From Octopus sinensis (taxonomy: Eukaryota): 64,000 bases of DNA. Below are positions 39,431 to 52,082 of this stretch, in pieces. The stretch lies in contig NC_043022.1 in the NCBI RefSeq assembly GCF_006345805.1, positions 23,560,001 to 23,624,000 of the forward strand. Direction: 5' to 3'. Position numbers and translations under genes: made by a program. The notes under the pieces are model-generated. The model was given only the letters and a program-made list of their open reading frames with translations, ran no database searches and was not told the DNA's origin. Each line of letters starts with the position of its first letter. Positions within the stretch are counted from its first letter, which is position 1.

Positions 39431-40229
39431 ACACACATCTCTACTCTCTACTAGACCACACAACCCTTAGTGCACCCACCTATGCTAATTGCAACAGCCA
39501 CCAATACTACACAACAATCATCACTACCACCAACATTATTCCATGATGACGATGACCACCACCACCACCACCATCATAACCCCCACCTCTTCAACACCAC
39601 AACATTAAACATCTTCACCACTACCACCACCACCACCACCTTTACATCACCAAAAACAATGTAATGTGATATATATGAAGATGAAAATCTTACTGACGGA
39701 AGCAGGAACTATTTAGATGCGTGCAGGATATAGGAGCAGTGGTGGCGGTGGTGGAGTGGTGGCGGTGATGGAGGTGATGGTGGAGTGGTGGTGGGCATGG
39801 TAGTATGCAGTAGGGCAGTGGCCGGGTAATGATGTTGATGTGGTGTTGATGATAGTTGTGTGGTGGCGATGGTGTTGTTGATAATGGTTGTGGCAGTGGT
39901 GTGGTGCAGCTGCTGTCAGCAATGGTGGTGGTGTGTAGTGGTGGCAGTAGCTGGGTAATGATGTTAGTGTGGTGTTGATATTGTTGTTGTTGGCAGGGGT
40001 GGTGGCGGTTGTAGGGAGGTGTTGACTGTGGTAGTGCTACTAATTTCAGAGATTGTTGTGGCAGGGTGGTGGTGGTGCTGGTGGTATAATTGTAGAGAGA
40101 GGGTGAAAATAATGGTGGTGGTAGTGGGAGCGATGATGTTATCGGTGACAATACTTGTGTTAACTTTGGTACTAGTTGTAGTATACCTTAAGTGGTGGTA
40201 TTTGTCAAAATAATATTAGTAATATTAGT

Positions 40230-40740
40230 ATTGTTCAATGGATAAGTTAGGAGCAAGGGGCAGCATGCCCCAACTGGGATTTTCATAAGCCCTCTCTCAC
40301 ACTGGTGACATTGATTATAATTCATGTTCAGTTTGAACATAGGTGAGTTGTCATCTGCAGGACAATTTTTTGAAGGAATTCCAAAGGGGCAACATTTTAA
40401 AGGCATGGGTAACATGTATAGAATCAGGTAGGCCTGAGTGGAGATGGCAAGCTGCAAGTCAGTTCAAAGAAGCAGAGGTCATTATAGTAGTGACAGAATA
40501 GACAAAAAGATGAAACAATACACCTGCATGTCAAAGGTTGTAGTATTTGGGGAGTGAGTCTTTGCAATCAGTTGAAAGGCATTGATTTGGATGTTGTCTA
40601 AGGTTACTGGAGGTGGAGCAGCAACACTACAACAGATATAGGAATAGTGTTTTATTGTGAGTCTAGGTTGCCTGCATGCATCAGCAGCACTGATCCAGAT
40701 GTCAAAACAATGCCCCATTCTTTATATGGGAACAATCCTC
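40230..40740 (-). mobile_element. Highly degenerate LINE RT fragment
   Basis: The minus strand gives LDNIQINAFQLI (cf. LDISKAFD) and an ADDN motif at plausible spacing. Confidence 0.4.
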
Positions 40741-40756
40741 TTTTGTGAGTCTAGGA

Positions 40757-41163
40757 CAGTGGTTCTCAACTTTAGCCCTCAATGGTCTTCTCTCGATAGG
40801 ATAGGATAAAGCTCCTTCCTGAGTCATGTAGAATCATAGGGCTGGTTTCTTGGTTTCCATGGTGCATATATTTCCCACTGGATGAGATATCAGTCTGTCA
40901 TAGGATCACTCATTTTTGCCAACTGAGTGAACTGGAGCAACATGAAATGAAGTGCCTTGCTCAAGAACACAATGTTTCACCCAGTCCAAGAATCAAAACC
41001 ATGATCTTATGATCCCGAGTCCAACACCCTAACCTCTTAGTTATGTGCCTCAACCTTCCCTCTGTAAATATAACAAAATTTTTCTTTAATTGACTTGTGT
41101 TTTACTTTTTTTGGTACAGTACCGCCAAAAAAATCCAGATATGAAAATGGTTGAGAACTACTG
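40757..41163. mobile_element. hAT MITE with a nested SINE
   Basis: Ends CAGTGGTTCTCAAC and GTTGAGAACTACTG. TSD GTCTAGGA/GTCCAGGG. A SINE is nested at about 40790-41050. Confidence 0.7.
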
Positions 41164-42143
41164 GTCCAGGGTGTCTGTATGTGTAGCAGCAGCACTGTTT
41201 CAATGTGGGAGCTGTCTTCCATAGTGGGTTTTGGCTGTCTGTGTATACCACAACAGCTCCTAGATTGCTCCCACATTTGCAATTGTGCTACCTCTATACA
41301 CATGAACAACCTTGACCGATAATAGAGTACTGCTCTTACAAATGGAACAGCATTACTGCTATATATACAGATATTTTGGATCCATACTGGACCACTATTA
41401 TTTCTAAAGATCAGAACAGATCTTCAAGAGAAAAAGTTTGAACATTTTGGCCCATCAGTGGAGACATTATCATTTTGAAGTGAGCAGTGGTGTATTCATA
41501 TTTATAACAGTTACAACTCATCTTGAAGAAAACAGAAGCATATTATATTTGCAACTGAATAGCAAGTAAATTTCTATGATTTCTTTTTTCTGTGGTGCAT
41601 AGCTTATTAGCAAATCCTTTAAAAGATCTGTTCTGTATTTCTGAGATGAGGAATTCATTTTATGTATACTTTTTAACCATCTTGATTGTTACAACAGCTG
41701 AAAGCAACAATCAAGATGAGAACACAAGCCTGACTAATATAAACATTATACATAAAAAAAAAAATCAACTCTCACAAAATCTTGTGCTAGATTTGAACTC
41801 AGAACCTCAGTGTTGTTAATCAAAGAACTTTTTACCATTCTATTTCATCTCTACAAGTCTACCAATCACAAGTAATGCAGATACAATTACCATTTCATAG
41901 TTGAATGTCTGGCGTAAAGAAGTGGAATATGTGTCTTAAACACCTGCTTCTTGAAAAGTGAATGCATAAATCTAAGCGTGTAAAGCTATAAGAGATAAAT
42001 AACATCATATCAAATGTAAGATAAAGGAAATATCCCATCTGTAAGATGGTTAAAAATACAAACACATAACAAGGTGTAATGGGCGTGGAGAGAAGAACAT
42101 TCACACTGTTGAACCGAGCGAAGCAAACCTACTTCAGATTCTA

Positions 42144-42225
<82 letters not shown>

Positions 42226-42491
42226 CATATACATATAAATGTGTGTGTGTGTTATATGGGGGGGGGGCTTGAAGGGCAAGATAAAAAATAGGTATGAAAT
42301 TAAGAAAATTCGATTTTAATAGAAATCATTCAAGTTTATGAGTCTGGTTGTAAGAAGATACATGCTGGATGTTTCCTACTTAAAACTATATGGCTTTCAT
42401 ATTTAACATAACATGTTCTGCTTTAAGTACTGGAGTACTTAGAACTGCAATTAATACATATAAACTCACACACATACACAGACTTATATAT

Positions 42492-43487
42492 TGTTACGAA
42501 CCCACCTGCCGTCGCTCAAACTCTTCGGAAACCCGGGACCCTACCAAGTCGAGCAACGACGATTGACCGGCCCAATCGATCGGGGAATTCGCCACGGAAA
42601 GAGAGAATTCGGTGGGGGAATGGCAGCGAACATGACAACCAGCGACCGGAGAGAACAACAACAACAACAGGAAGAGATACAGAGAGAGGCGGAAGGCAAT
42701 TGGCTTACATTTAAAAACAGTTTATAACAATCATTACAACATCAAATACATCAAAGAAAATAACATGCAACAGAATCAACAGCATGCAGATACAACACAG
42801 TCCGGAGACAACAGTTCAAATCAGTTCAATCACGATACAGTTCAGAGACAAATCAGAACAGTTCAATACATTAAAGTCTTTCTCTTTCTTTTTCTTTTCA
42901 ACAACTCTTTTCAATGTTCATTACAATCTCATTTCTTTTACATTTCTCTTTTCCTTAATTCACAGTTCTTTCTCTTTTCTTTAACACATCAATTCTTTTT
43001 TTAGTTCAACAATTCTTTTTAACACAATTCACATCAAAACATAAACAACACATACCGTTACAACTCCTACTACAACAGCCATGCCTTCTATCCGCCGTAA
43101 TCCCTCCTTCGCTCTACAGGTTCCCTGTGTATGCCTTTCTCAACCTCTCACCCTCTCGCTTGTCATCCTCTCACTGTCTGTCTGTCTTTCTCAACGATGT
43201 AGTTGATCTTGCCATCGTCACCTTCTTGGCTGACCGTCCGTATCACTCCTGTCCTTGGCCAAAACTGCCCCGTTGCCATCTCAGGCAGAACTACCTATTG
43301 CCAACTTGCTCTGTTCCCGACTGACTACTGACTGCCTGCAATCCCAACTGCCGACTGACCACAAGCTCACAGCGCGTCACATTTTAAAGGGGTGGTTTCT
43401 TGAACTTTCCCTGACCGGAACAAGGGCAGAGGTCTCCTCCAAATACATAAATTTCCCCAGAAACCGACAGAACAAAAGACCATAACT
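42492..43487. mobile_element. Probable solo LTR (about 1 kb)
   Basis: A sharply bounded CpG-rich block starting TGTTACG and ending CATAACT (cf. CGTAACA), within TATAT-like flanks, with no coding remnant. Confidence 0.5.
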
Positions 43488-43597
43488 TTATATCCCAGAC
43501 TTTAAGACTACAAACCAGCAAAAGTGGGTCATATCACTCTTATTTTCTTTTTCCGAACTGACCTCCATATCAATATATATACATACAAACACTGCAC

Positions 43598-43790
43598 TGG
43601 TTTGGTCATGTGATGCAGGTGGATGTTGACAGCTCCATGAAGTTCTGATCTCTCAAAGTGAATGGAATACATGGAAGTAGGGACCCAGGAAGATATGGGA
43701 TGAAGTACTGAAGAATGACCTCAGGAAGCTGAACTTTTCAGGCAAGATGACAAAGGGCCGAGATACCTTGTGCCTGGCCATACCCCACAG
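43598..43790 (+). mobile_element. RTE LINE C-terminal fragment
   Basis: Gives WFGHVM-like and PRKIWDEVLKNDLRKL-like translations. Confidence 0.7.
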
Positions 43791-45353
43791 CAGAAATGTT
43801 AATCACTGAACTACACAATGAGTATATTACTTTAATCAAATACATACATAATAGATGAAATGCATTATAAAAAAGAAACTCATAAATTAGAACATAGACT
43901 TCATTACACCAAACCCTCAAACAACACTAATAAGATACTGCAAAAATACAATAATTATAATCCCTCTTATTAATAAGAAGTCTGAGAATCTACAAACATT
44001 CTTTTAATGACCATGGTCATTAAAAGCAGCTAGGTAGTTTAAGCTGTCATCATCATCAGTATCATCCATTGGTCTTGTCCACTATGGTCACATTCTCATC
44101 ATTGTCATTGAGGAATCGTGAGCAATGCAATGATGTTTCTGGTTGACTTACAGCCACTACTGATTAGCAGAAAAACAACTCTGTATATAGCTATGTATTT
44201 CAAATTGTTAACATCATCCTGTTCTACCAGAGACTTGAGTGGTCAATTCTTTCTCTCAATCTCTCTTTGGAAAATAGCAATTTCTAGGTGTTTGGGACTC
44301 CCGCATATTCCTGCTTCACACACAAACATATACCAGGTGCAGCATATATATTTATAAATTTACCCATTATTCTTTTTATGATAAACTAAAGTTTTAGGCT
44401 TTGGTTAATAAAAGCTTGCTCATTGAATATAATGTTCATCGACAATGTTTTACACACATTTACAATTCAAAATGTGTGTCTATATGTTACGTGTGATATA
44501 TATATGTACGTATGTATGTATGATGTAAGCATGCATGTATATTATGTGTGTGTGTGTGTATATTAATAATTAAGGGTACTAACCAGTAGTACTGGCATGC
44601 TAAATATAGCAGTCAAAATGACCTAACCACAAATTTTCACTTAAACACAAAGGTGAAAGCAGGCAAATGAATAAAAATCTAAAACTCCATACCAATGACG
44701 AAAGTAATTGAAAATTGAAAAAGCCAGACATACCTGTATCACCAGGATTTCAAACTTTGAGAAAAACTCTTAGTTCATTTTCAGTGTGTCTTACTGACCC
44801 CAGGGTTATAGAGTTTATTCATTACACCAATGTGTACGATAACTGTTTTTAATGCTGCAGCAAATTTTAAAAAAGGTGATCAAATTGAATAAAAATTATT
44901 TAGGTGGTGCTCCAGCATAGCCACATAGAAACAGATAAAAGAATATATGAGGATATTATTGTTTCTAATAATATCAGTGGCTTAGCATACATAAAAAATC
45001 CATAACAGTAAAAAATTATCAATTAATAATTAAGGGTATTAATAAGCAGGGTATTGACTGGCCCTCATGCATGTAAAATCACTATACTCTCGGAGTGGCT
45101 GGCATCCAGCTAGTAGAAACTTTGCCAGATTATATCGGAGCCTAGGGCTGCCTCTGGGCTTGCCAGCCCTCAGTCAAACTGTACAACCCATGCCAGCATG
45201 GAAAGCAGATGCTAAATGATGACATATATATATATATATATTATATATATATATATATAATATATATATATATGTATTTATGTATGTATGTACTTATTTG
45301 CACATGTGTCTGTGCAAGTGTGGATATAGGCATGTGTGGATCAGTATGCTTTG

Positions 45354-45418
<65 letters not shown>

Positions 45419-46162
45419 GCTCATGTTTATATTATGTCTATCTGTATGTATATGCACTTAATACATGGTAACCGTCTGGAATGAATTACATATTTCACAG
45501 TTTCATTGATGTCTCGCAACCTATTTCTTAATTAGCCGTGTCTTTGCTTTCTAACTTTGTGAAGCCCAGCATCTCATGAATGATGCTGAAGTAGTTAGTC
45601 ACATACCCAAGTGCTTCAATAATTGCAAGTATATATACATATATATGTGTGTGTGTCCCATCTCAAACCATCTACCTTCATACTCTTATGAAACATCTCT
45701 CTCTGCTCATTCACCTTGTCCAATTCTCTGTACTATTTGTAATCACCTCATCTGTACCTTGTAGGTATGCCCCAACACATTTCCACCATCATCTATCTCT
45801 CGCTCACTCAGTCTGCCTATCTTTCTTACTAACTCATTTCTCTTTTCTTTTCCAACTGGGGTAACCAAGAATCTCCTCTATAGCAAGGCACCTATTTGTA
45901 TCCCTCTTATTATACTTTAACTTCTCAACTGGCACAAAGATGCCTCCTTCAATACCATTCCCCCTCCCAGTTAAGGATCTTCGTTTTACAAATTATTTGG
46001 TGACTAGACTGGCGCTTTGTAAAGTTGTTGGCACTAAGTAAGGTCATCCAACCATTGAAACCAAAACATCATGGATAACGGATGTTAAATGATGATGATT
46101 AAGATATTTGTAAGATATTTGTATGTATGTGTATACATTTATATATAAATTTATATATATAT

Positions 46163-46200
<38 letters not shown>

Positions 46201-47472
46201 TGGATATATATATATGTATATACATGTAGGTAAATATATGTATATATATCATATATAGATACATATGTATATGTATATATATATGTAGACACACAAACAC
46301 ACACACATGAAAGTTAAACGGCAAAGAATGGAATTAATGAAATTACTTTTATTATATTGTTTACAATCATTTCAACAATTCACATTTTGACCAATCATGC
46401 ATCCTCTTCATTAGCATGTTAGCAATTATTGATTTAGTCATATACACTGTGACTTATGAGGGAAAAACCTGGATTATATATCCCAACCTAGCTGCTATAT
46501 GTATGTACATACATACACACACTCTCTATCTCTCACACATGCACACATGTATGCATGCATATATATATATAGCTATCTGTATGTCTGATTGTGTGTACGT
46601 ATGCATGAACATTTCATCTTTCTTTGCATGTGAAGGTCTCTCTGTACATATACCAGTGTAGGTGAAATTGTGTGCATGCGTGCCTGTATATGTATTTGTG
46701 CATGTACTTATGTGTATGTGTGGGTATAAGTGGAGGTGAGTAGGATGTAGAGAAGTGAAAGTCCAAGGAATACAAAGAGAAATAACCAAGGGAAGTGTAC
46801 CAGCAGCAATAGTTGTAGGGTTGTGTGGTGGTAATGATGTTAGTAGTAGTAGTAATGATGATGATGATAGTGATAGGGGTGGTAAAGATGATGGTAGTGG
46901 TAGGGGTCGTGGTAGTGACATAAAAAAAGCAATGGATAAAAGAAAAGTCAGAGAATAGCTTCTATGAGAGAAGGTTGTGAGGGTGCCGGTGGTGGTATCT
47001 AAAAGGCTAGAAACATTGCAAGAAGAGACAGGGTCAATAGGGAAAACAAGAGAGAGAAGGAGGGGAAGAGGGAGAAGAAAAGAGAAAGTAGTGTATAGGG
47101 TAACACTACATTACACAGTTGAGAGGTGTTAAAAGTGTGCCACTACAGGGGAGGGAGCGAGTTAGTTAATGTGGTGGTGGAAATGGGAAGACTGACAAAG
47201 AAATCCTGAAGAGGGGGAGAAAAAAGAGATGAGGGGGCAAGAAACTGCTGTGGGGTGATACGTGGTGGTGGTGGTGGGATTAGTGATTGAAGGAGAATCT
47301 TAACCAATGATGTGAAAGGACATGTGGATATGCATGTGTATGTGTGTCACATAATTATATTGTTTTCAATTATCTGAGAATTTTTCATCTCAGCTTCAGA
47401 CATGGGACACCAGCTTTATTCCTTTCCTCTGTGTATGTGAGAGTATGTGTGTATCTATATGTGCATGTGTGT

Positions 47473-47612
47473 GAGTGTACATACATACATACACACACAG
47501 ATTCAATAGCAATAATACCAACATAACATGGTCATAAATAGATATGTATACGGAAATCATAAGCCATATGTTTAATAAACATATACTTAGTTTTGTTAAC
47601 ATATTTATTTTA

Positions 47613-47653
<41 letters not shown>

Positions 47654-47863
47654 TGAGAGAGACAGGTATGTAAGTAGATAGGTATGCTAGTATGCACAAA
47701 TATGCTGGAATATATATATATATTAAAATAAATATATTTACAAGACTAAGTATATATTTATCAAACATATGGTATATGATTTCCGTATATATATTTGTCT
47801 ATGACCATGCTGTGTTGGTACTATTGTTATTGTGTGTATGTGTGTGTATATACACATACACTC
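47473..47863. repeat. Long inverted repeat (arms about 155 bp, spacer about 65-80 bp)
   Basis: 47504-47614 is the reverse complement of 47722-47832 at roughly 80% identity by eye, and the match extends into the flanking microsatellites. Confidence 0.88.
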
Positions 47864-47929
47864 TTGAGATACCTATACATCCACATATAATAGTACTTCA
47901 GTGTTTTGCAGTTCTGTTGAAGGTGGCTT

Positions 47930-48930
47930 AATAATTAGGCTTGTATCCTCTTGTACTGACATTTGATGGTGCTTGATGGATGATTGGTTTGCATGCGACT
48001 ATACAATGCAGTATTATTTTGGTTTCTTAAAGTGCTAATGTGATTTGTAGTTCAAGTTAAAATGTAACTTCCAGGAGGTTGACACTCATAATATTTGCTT
48101 TGCTATCACCACAGGCCCAAATTTTTTTAATGTTGTAATTATTCATTTCCCAAGGTTGTTAGTTGGGGGGAGCTCCAATAGTATTCAAAATTGTGAGCAC
48201 ATTATCCCTGTACAAACCTCAACAATGCCACTAAAAGCACACTCCATTTTCTTGCATAGAGACAACCCTATATGCTCTCATTGTTTGGCCTCATCAAGGC
48301 TACCCATGATCCATCCTAAATTCTGTCTTCTTAAACCAGAAAGTGTCTTCTTTAAAAAGCAGTGTTCTGGCATACATAATATCCTTCAGGTTGCTTTGTT
48401 TGGTATTAGACTATATTTTGGTGAAGATACTAATCAATGTCCCTGATTTGGATAAATTTGTAATTGTTTTCATTTCTGATCAATTTGAGTGCATTCAAAT
48501 GACAGCTTTGTCAGTGTTGTACCACAGGTTCAAATTAACTGATTGCATTGTGTCAATATTTACTTGATCCTAGATCATTTTAACTATAATGAAAACCACT
48601 TTTGAAAAAATTTCATGTGCCTACATTTGGCTAAGATTTTGGGAATATTTTCTTGTTCTTCTGTGTGATGAAGTCCGTTTCTCTGCAAGACAATTTAGTT
48701 TGTGTTGGATGTTATCTTTGTGGTTATCAGTTTATGGCGAGGTTTGACGGGCAATTGGATATTTGTTTAGGCTGTGTATTCTTATATAAAGCCAAGTTAC
48801 CAAATTAACTTTCCAATGAATCTGTTGTTGCTTGTGTTGACTGCCATTTCTAGTGTGATAAGTCATCAATTGTTGCTTCTAGGTATGTGTGCCAATGTTG
48901 CTGGAGTGTATTGTTGGTTGGTTAGTAAAA
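47930..48930 (-). mobile_element. Degenerate Penelope-like retroelement reverse transcriptase remnant
   Basis: Minus-strand translations across stops and frameshifts give MGSLDEAK*EHIGL (48284-48307), LYRDNVL (48195-48215), VNLLEVTF (48060-48083) and NHPSSTIK (47962-47985). These match in order the PLE RT motifs MGSxDGAExCELVGL, GLYRDDGL, VNFLDVTF and SNHPPxIIK. Confidence 0.75.
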
Positions 48931-50091
48931 AGCTGCATATAGTAATTTCATGACACTGAGCAAGCATTTAAATATGATCATTTATGCCAAGCAAGTTAAG
49001 AAAAGATGTTTATGCATTACAATATACATGTACAAACAGCAAGATGAAAATAGCATTATACAACATGCAAAGGTTGGCTGGTCTGGTTTTAACACAATGA
49101 ATATATACATACATGCCATGCCATGTCCATCACCAAAATCCCATCAGTTAAGTATACAATTGTTAGAATGACTAGAGTGCGTGCAAGTTGAAACTCGACC
49201 CAAGACGCTCTGGAGTTGGCAAGAGTGAAGACAACATTCTGCTCAGACATCTACGACACTCTGCAAAGGGCACCAAATATCAACTCTATTTATAGGCTAT
49301 TTTTAAGGAAACTTCCAGATGAGCTGAAGAAGCTATCATGTGAATATCAACCACTGATTAGCTGATAACTCAACCACACATATAAAAGAGTCATGGCTTG
49401 AAGCTTGTAACTGTGACGACTTGGGTTCAAATCAACTATAAGTTGTACTTCTGTATTGAGTTTGTAGCTAGATAGTTGAATGACCTCCCTTGCAAGAAAG
49501 ATCATAGAGTAACTTCCCTTTTCTAAGTTTCTCGAAGCATCTGTGTTATGAGACGTGATTCTTAATTATTCAAGAAGCATAGTGTTTCTCTTGGAAGTTT
49601 CTAGAATGTCTAGCATTCCATTAATAAAAACAGCTTACAAGCCCATCTTTATGCTTCTTAGTCGATTACACTTAGAGCCATCCACGTCATTGCTATGTCT
49701 GTATGCCACTACTTAGCTGTTATTCTATATTTTCTATTTCTGAACTTTCTTCATTCAACTAGCTTCTAAAATTTGATTCCCTGTATCATTATCAATAGAA
49801 GAATAAAATATATTTTTATGTAGTAAATATATAGATTTTGAATTTATTCTTTCATCTCTCTATGAACTCTTGTAATAGCATACATGCAGCCACATCAACA
49901 TCTTGTACTGACTATATATTCCACTGCAAGTTCATTCTAAGTTTTGCTACTTGCATTGTTTAAAAAGGCTTTTGCAAGTGTTTTTGCTTACATCATACAA
50001 GAAACTTGTATTGTATTGTCTGCAAACATGAATAGGTACTTTTGGGTGGGGTGACTGTTACTGTTTTTAAATCCCAATTTTACTTGATTAA

Positions 50092-50308
50092 TTCTTTTAA
50101 TACCAAACTGCTTGACATTGCTCTTGGTTCTATGTTAAAAATAAACAAAAACTTCCTGCTTTAAATAAATCTAAAACCTTGCACCAAGATTCCATGTTCC
50201 AAACTTGTGTTTAATAACAACAGAGTTGTTTTACTAAATTTGTCGTTATTTTCACAATTAATTGAAATAAAAGTAGTATATTTCATTGGAAATATAGCAA
50301 GAAAAGTG
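50092..50308. mobile_element. Degenerate piggyBac-type MITE
   Basis: TTAA|TTCTTTTAATACC ... GCAAGAAAAGTG|TTAA; the TIRs are degenerate. Confidence 0.45.
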
Positions 50309-51039
50309 TTAAGAAGCAGTTGTTTTAATTGCTAAAATACATATTCTTTATTGAATTAAGGAAGTCATTTCAAAGTATCCAGTTCTTTCTTCTGCAGTAA
50401 GCATTTTCAGAATTTGAAGCTAGAATCATCTTTCTTCGTGTGTAGTTTTGTTTTTGTTCTTGAGGACATACGTCTTCTATCACATATGTTATATCGTACT
50501 TTCTGTTTTTCAATGAGTGCATTTAAGTAGATTTTTCCTGCATAGTATTTGAATGTAATAATTCACATCCATTCTTTCTATCATCTGTATTATGTAATGA
50601 TGTGTAATGTTCATGTGCAAAGACATTGTACAAAATGTAAAAGTACTCAATACAGTTTTATGTTGCAAATGTATAGCACCATACATATGTATATATTATA
50701 TGAGAGAATGTTACATGTACAGTTTCTCCTTGTTGGCTAATTTCATATAACATATAACCGCTACACATGTTCACCATAAACTTGGTGCAGTCTCCTGGCT
50801 TGCCAGTTCCTGATGGTGATGGTGGTGATGGTGAAGATGATGATGATGATGAATTGTAATAAAAACTCATACATTTATATATGTGTTTATATTAATAAAT
50901 TATTATTATAAAAACAATTTACATTAAACTGAAGAATTACTCAATGAAGGCTAAGCCTGCTGATACTTCGAAGCCACTGTCTACACCAGCCTTGTTAAAA
51001 AATAATAAATAAACATAAATGTGTGTCTGTGTGTCTTTT

Positions 51040-51355
51040 ACTGTTTATATTTTGTACCGTCGTTACTGTCCTGTTTTTGTTAACATTTTTACCCCTCCGC
51101 AAAAAGATCTCAAATTTTATTTAATTTGCTTTTCGCGGGAAGGAAAGTTTCTATCGAAGATGCGTATTGCCTTCACCTTCGAAACGCAGAGTAGATGAAA
51201 CCATGGCGACTGAAGAAGGGGAATTTTCCTTATGTTATTTGTCCTGTACTCTATTTTTTTGTTGTTTAAGAAAACTGTCCAGTTCCTTGGTTTTGTGTTT
51301 ATGTTTTCGTCTCTCATTGTGTTCAACGTTTTTTTGGTGTCCTGTACCCATATAT
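51040..51355 (+). mobile_element. Short non-autonomous element with a permuted hammerhead-like core
   Basis: CpG-rich segment with GAAAC..GUA..CUGAAGA, followed by a T-rich stretch ending GTCCTGTACCC next to a TA-rich tract. The architecture is shared with 62200-62360. The left boundary is approximate. Confidence 0.4.
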
Positions 51356-51747
51356 GCGTGTATATATACATGTAGAGGTAGGTACGTACATATATGTATG
51401 TATATATGCATATGTTTTATTTATTAATTCATATATATATATATATATATGTTTATAAACATGTGTGTATACATGCTTTTATGTACTCACACACACGCAC
51501 AAGTGAAAACAGAGTAATATCAATAAAGTTGTTTTCTCTACTGGTCTCATGAACAGAAAGCACATACACTACCTGAAAGACCATTACATATGTAGCTTCT
51601 CTTAAAGCAAACTGTGTCTATAAACAAATTACTTTGGAAGAAAGCACTAAGTAAATATTTCTTCTTATATAATGAGAGTTCAATACATTACTCTCTAAAA
51701 TGCTTGGTTTATATATATATATGTGTGTGTGTGTGTCTGTGTGTGTG

Positions 51748-51779
<32 letters not shown>

Positions 51780-51855
51780 TGTATGTATGTATGTGTATAT
51801 ATATATATTATATATATATATATATATATGTATGTATATATATATGTGTAGATAT

Positions 51856-51911
<56 letters not shown>

Positions 51912-51914
<3 letters not shown>

Positions 51915-52082
51915 AGAGTTTATGAAAAAACAAAAGACGAAAACAAGTGGTGTACAAAACAAACAGATGTATTAGTATAACGCTCAGGAATAGAAAAAGT
52001 CTTTTACGTTTCGAGCCTACACTCTTCTACAGAAAGGGACACAGAAAAAACAAGGAGAGAAAAAAATGTGTGTAGTGGCTAT
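51912..52082 (-). mobile_element. Short Penelope-like terminal-repeat fragment adjacent to (TA)n
   Basis: Carries a hammerhead motif. A related degenerate copy lies at 27431-27520 (shared GAAAAACAAAAGACGAAGACAGGTG-like and TTTCGAGCC segments). Confidence 0.5.
52001..52036 (-). ncRNA. Minimal type-I hammerhead motif with A6U core variant
   Basis: The minus strand reads CUUU-CUGUAGA-A-GAGU(GUAG)GCUC-GAAA-CG-UA-AAAG. Stems I and II are present, stem III is the palindrome ACGU and the cleavage triplet is GUA. Confidence 0.55.

Noticed and set aside
49315-49350. CTGAAGA near the PLE remnant
   Set aside because: No matching GAAAC or stems were found.
49480-50500. Possible decayed hAT-like transposase on the minus strand
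   Set aside because: There is only a vague resemblance, and no diagnostic motif could be read.
50943-50993. Possible minus-strand exon AGVDSGFEVSAGLAFI
   Set aside because: The splice signals are plausible, but no compatible neighbouring exons or recognisable homology were found.
51203-51427. Kozak-like ACCATGG and ORF MATEEGEF..
   Set aside because: There is no donor site, it reads into T-rich and microsatellite sequence, and it is better explained as part of the element with the permuted hammerhead-like core.
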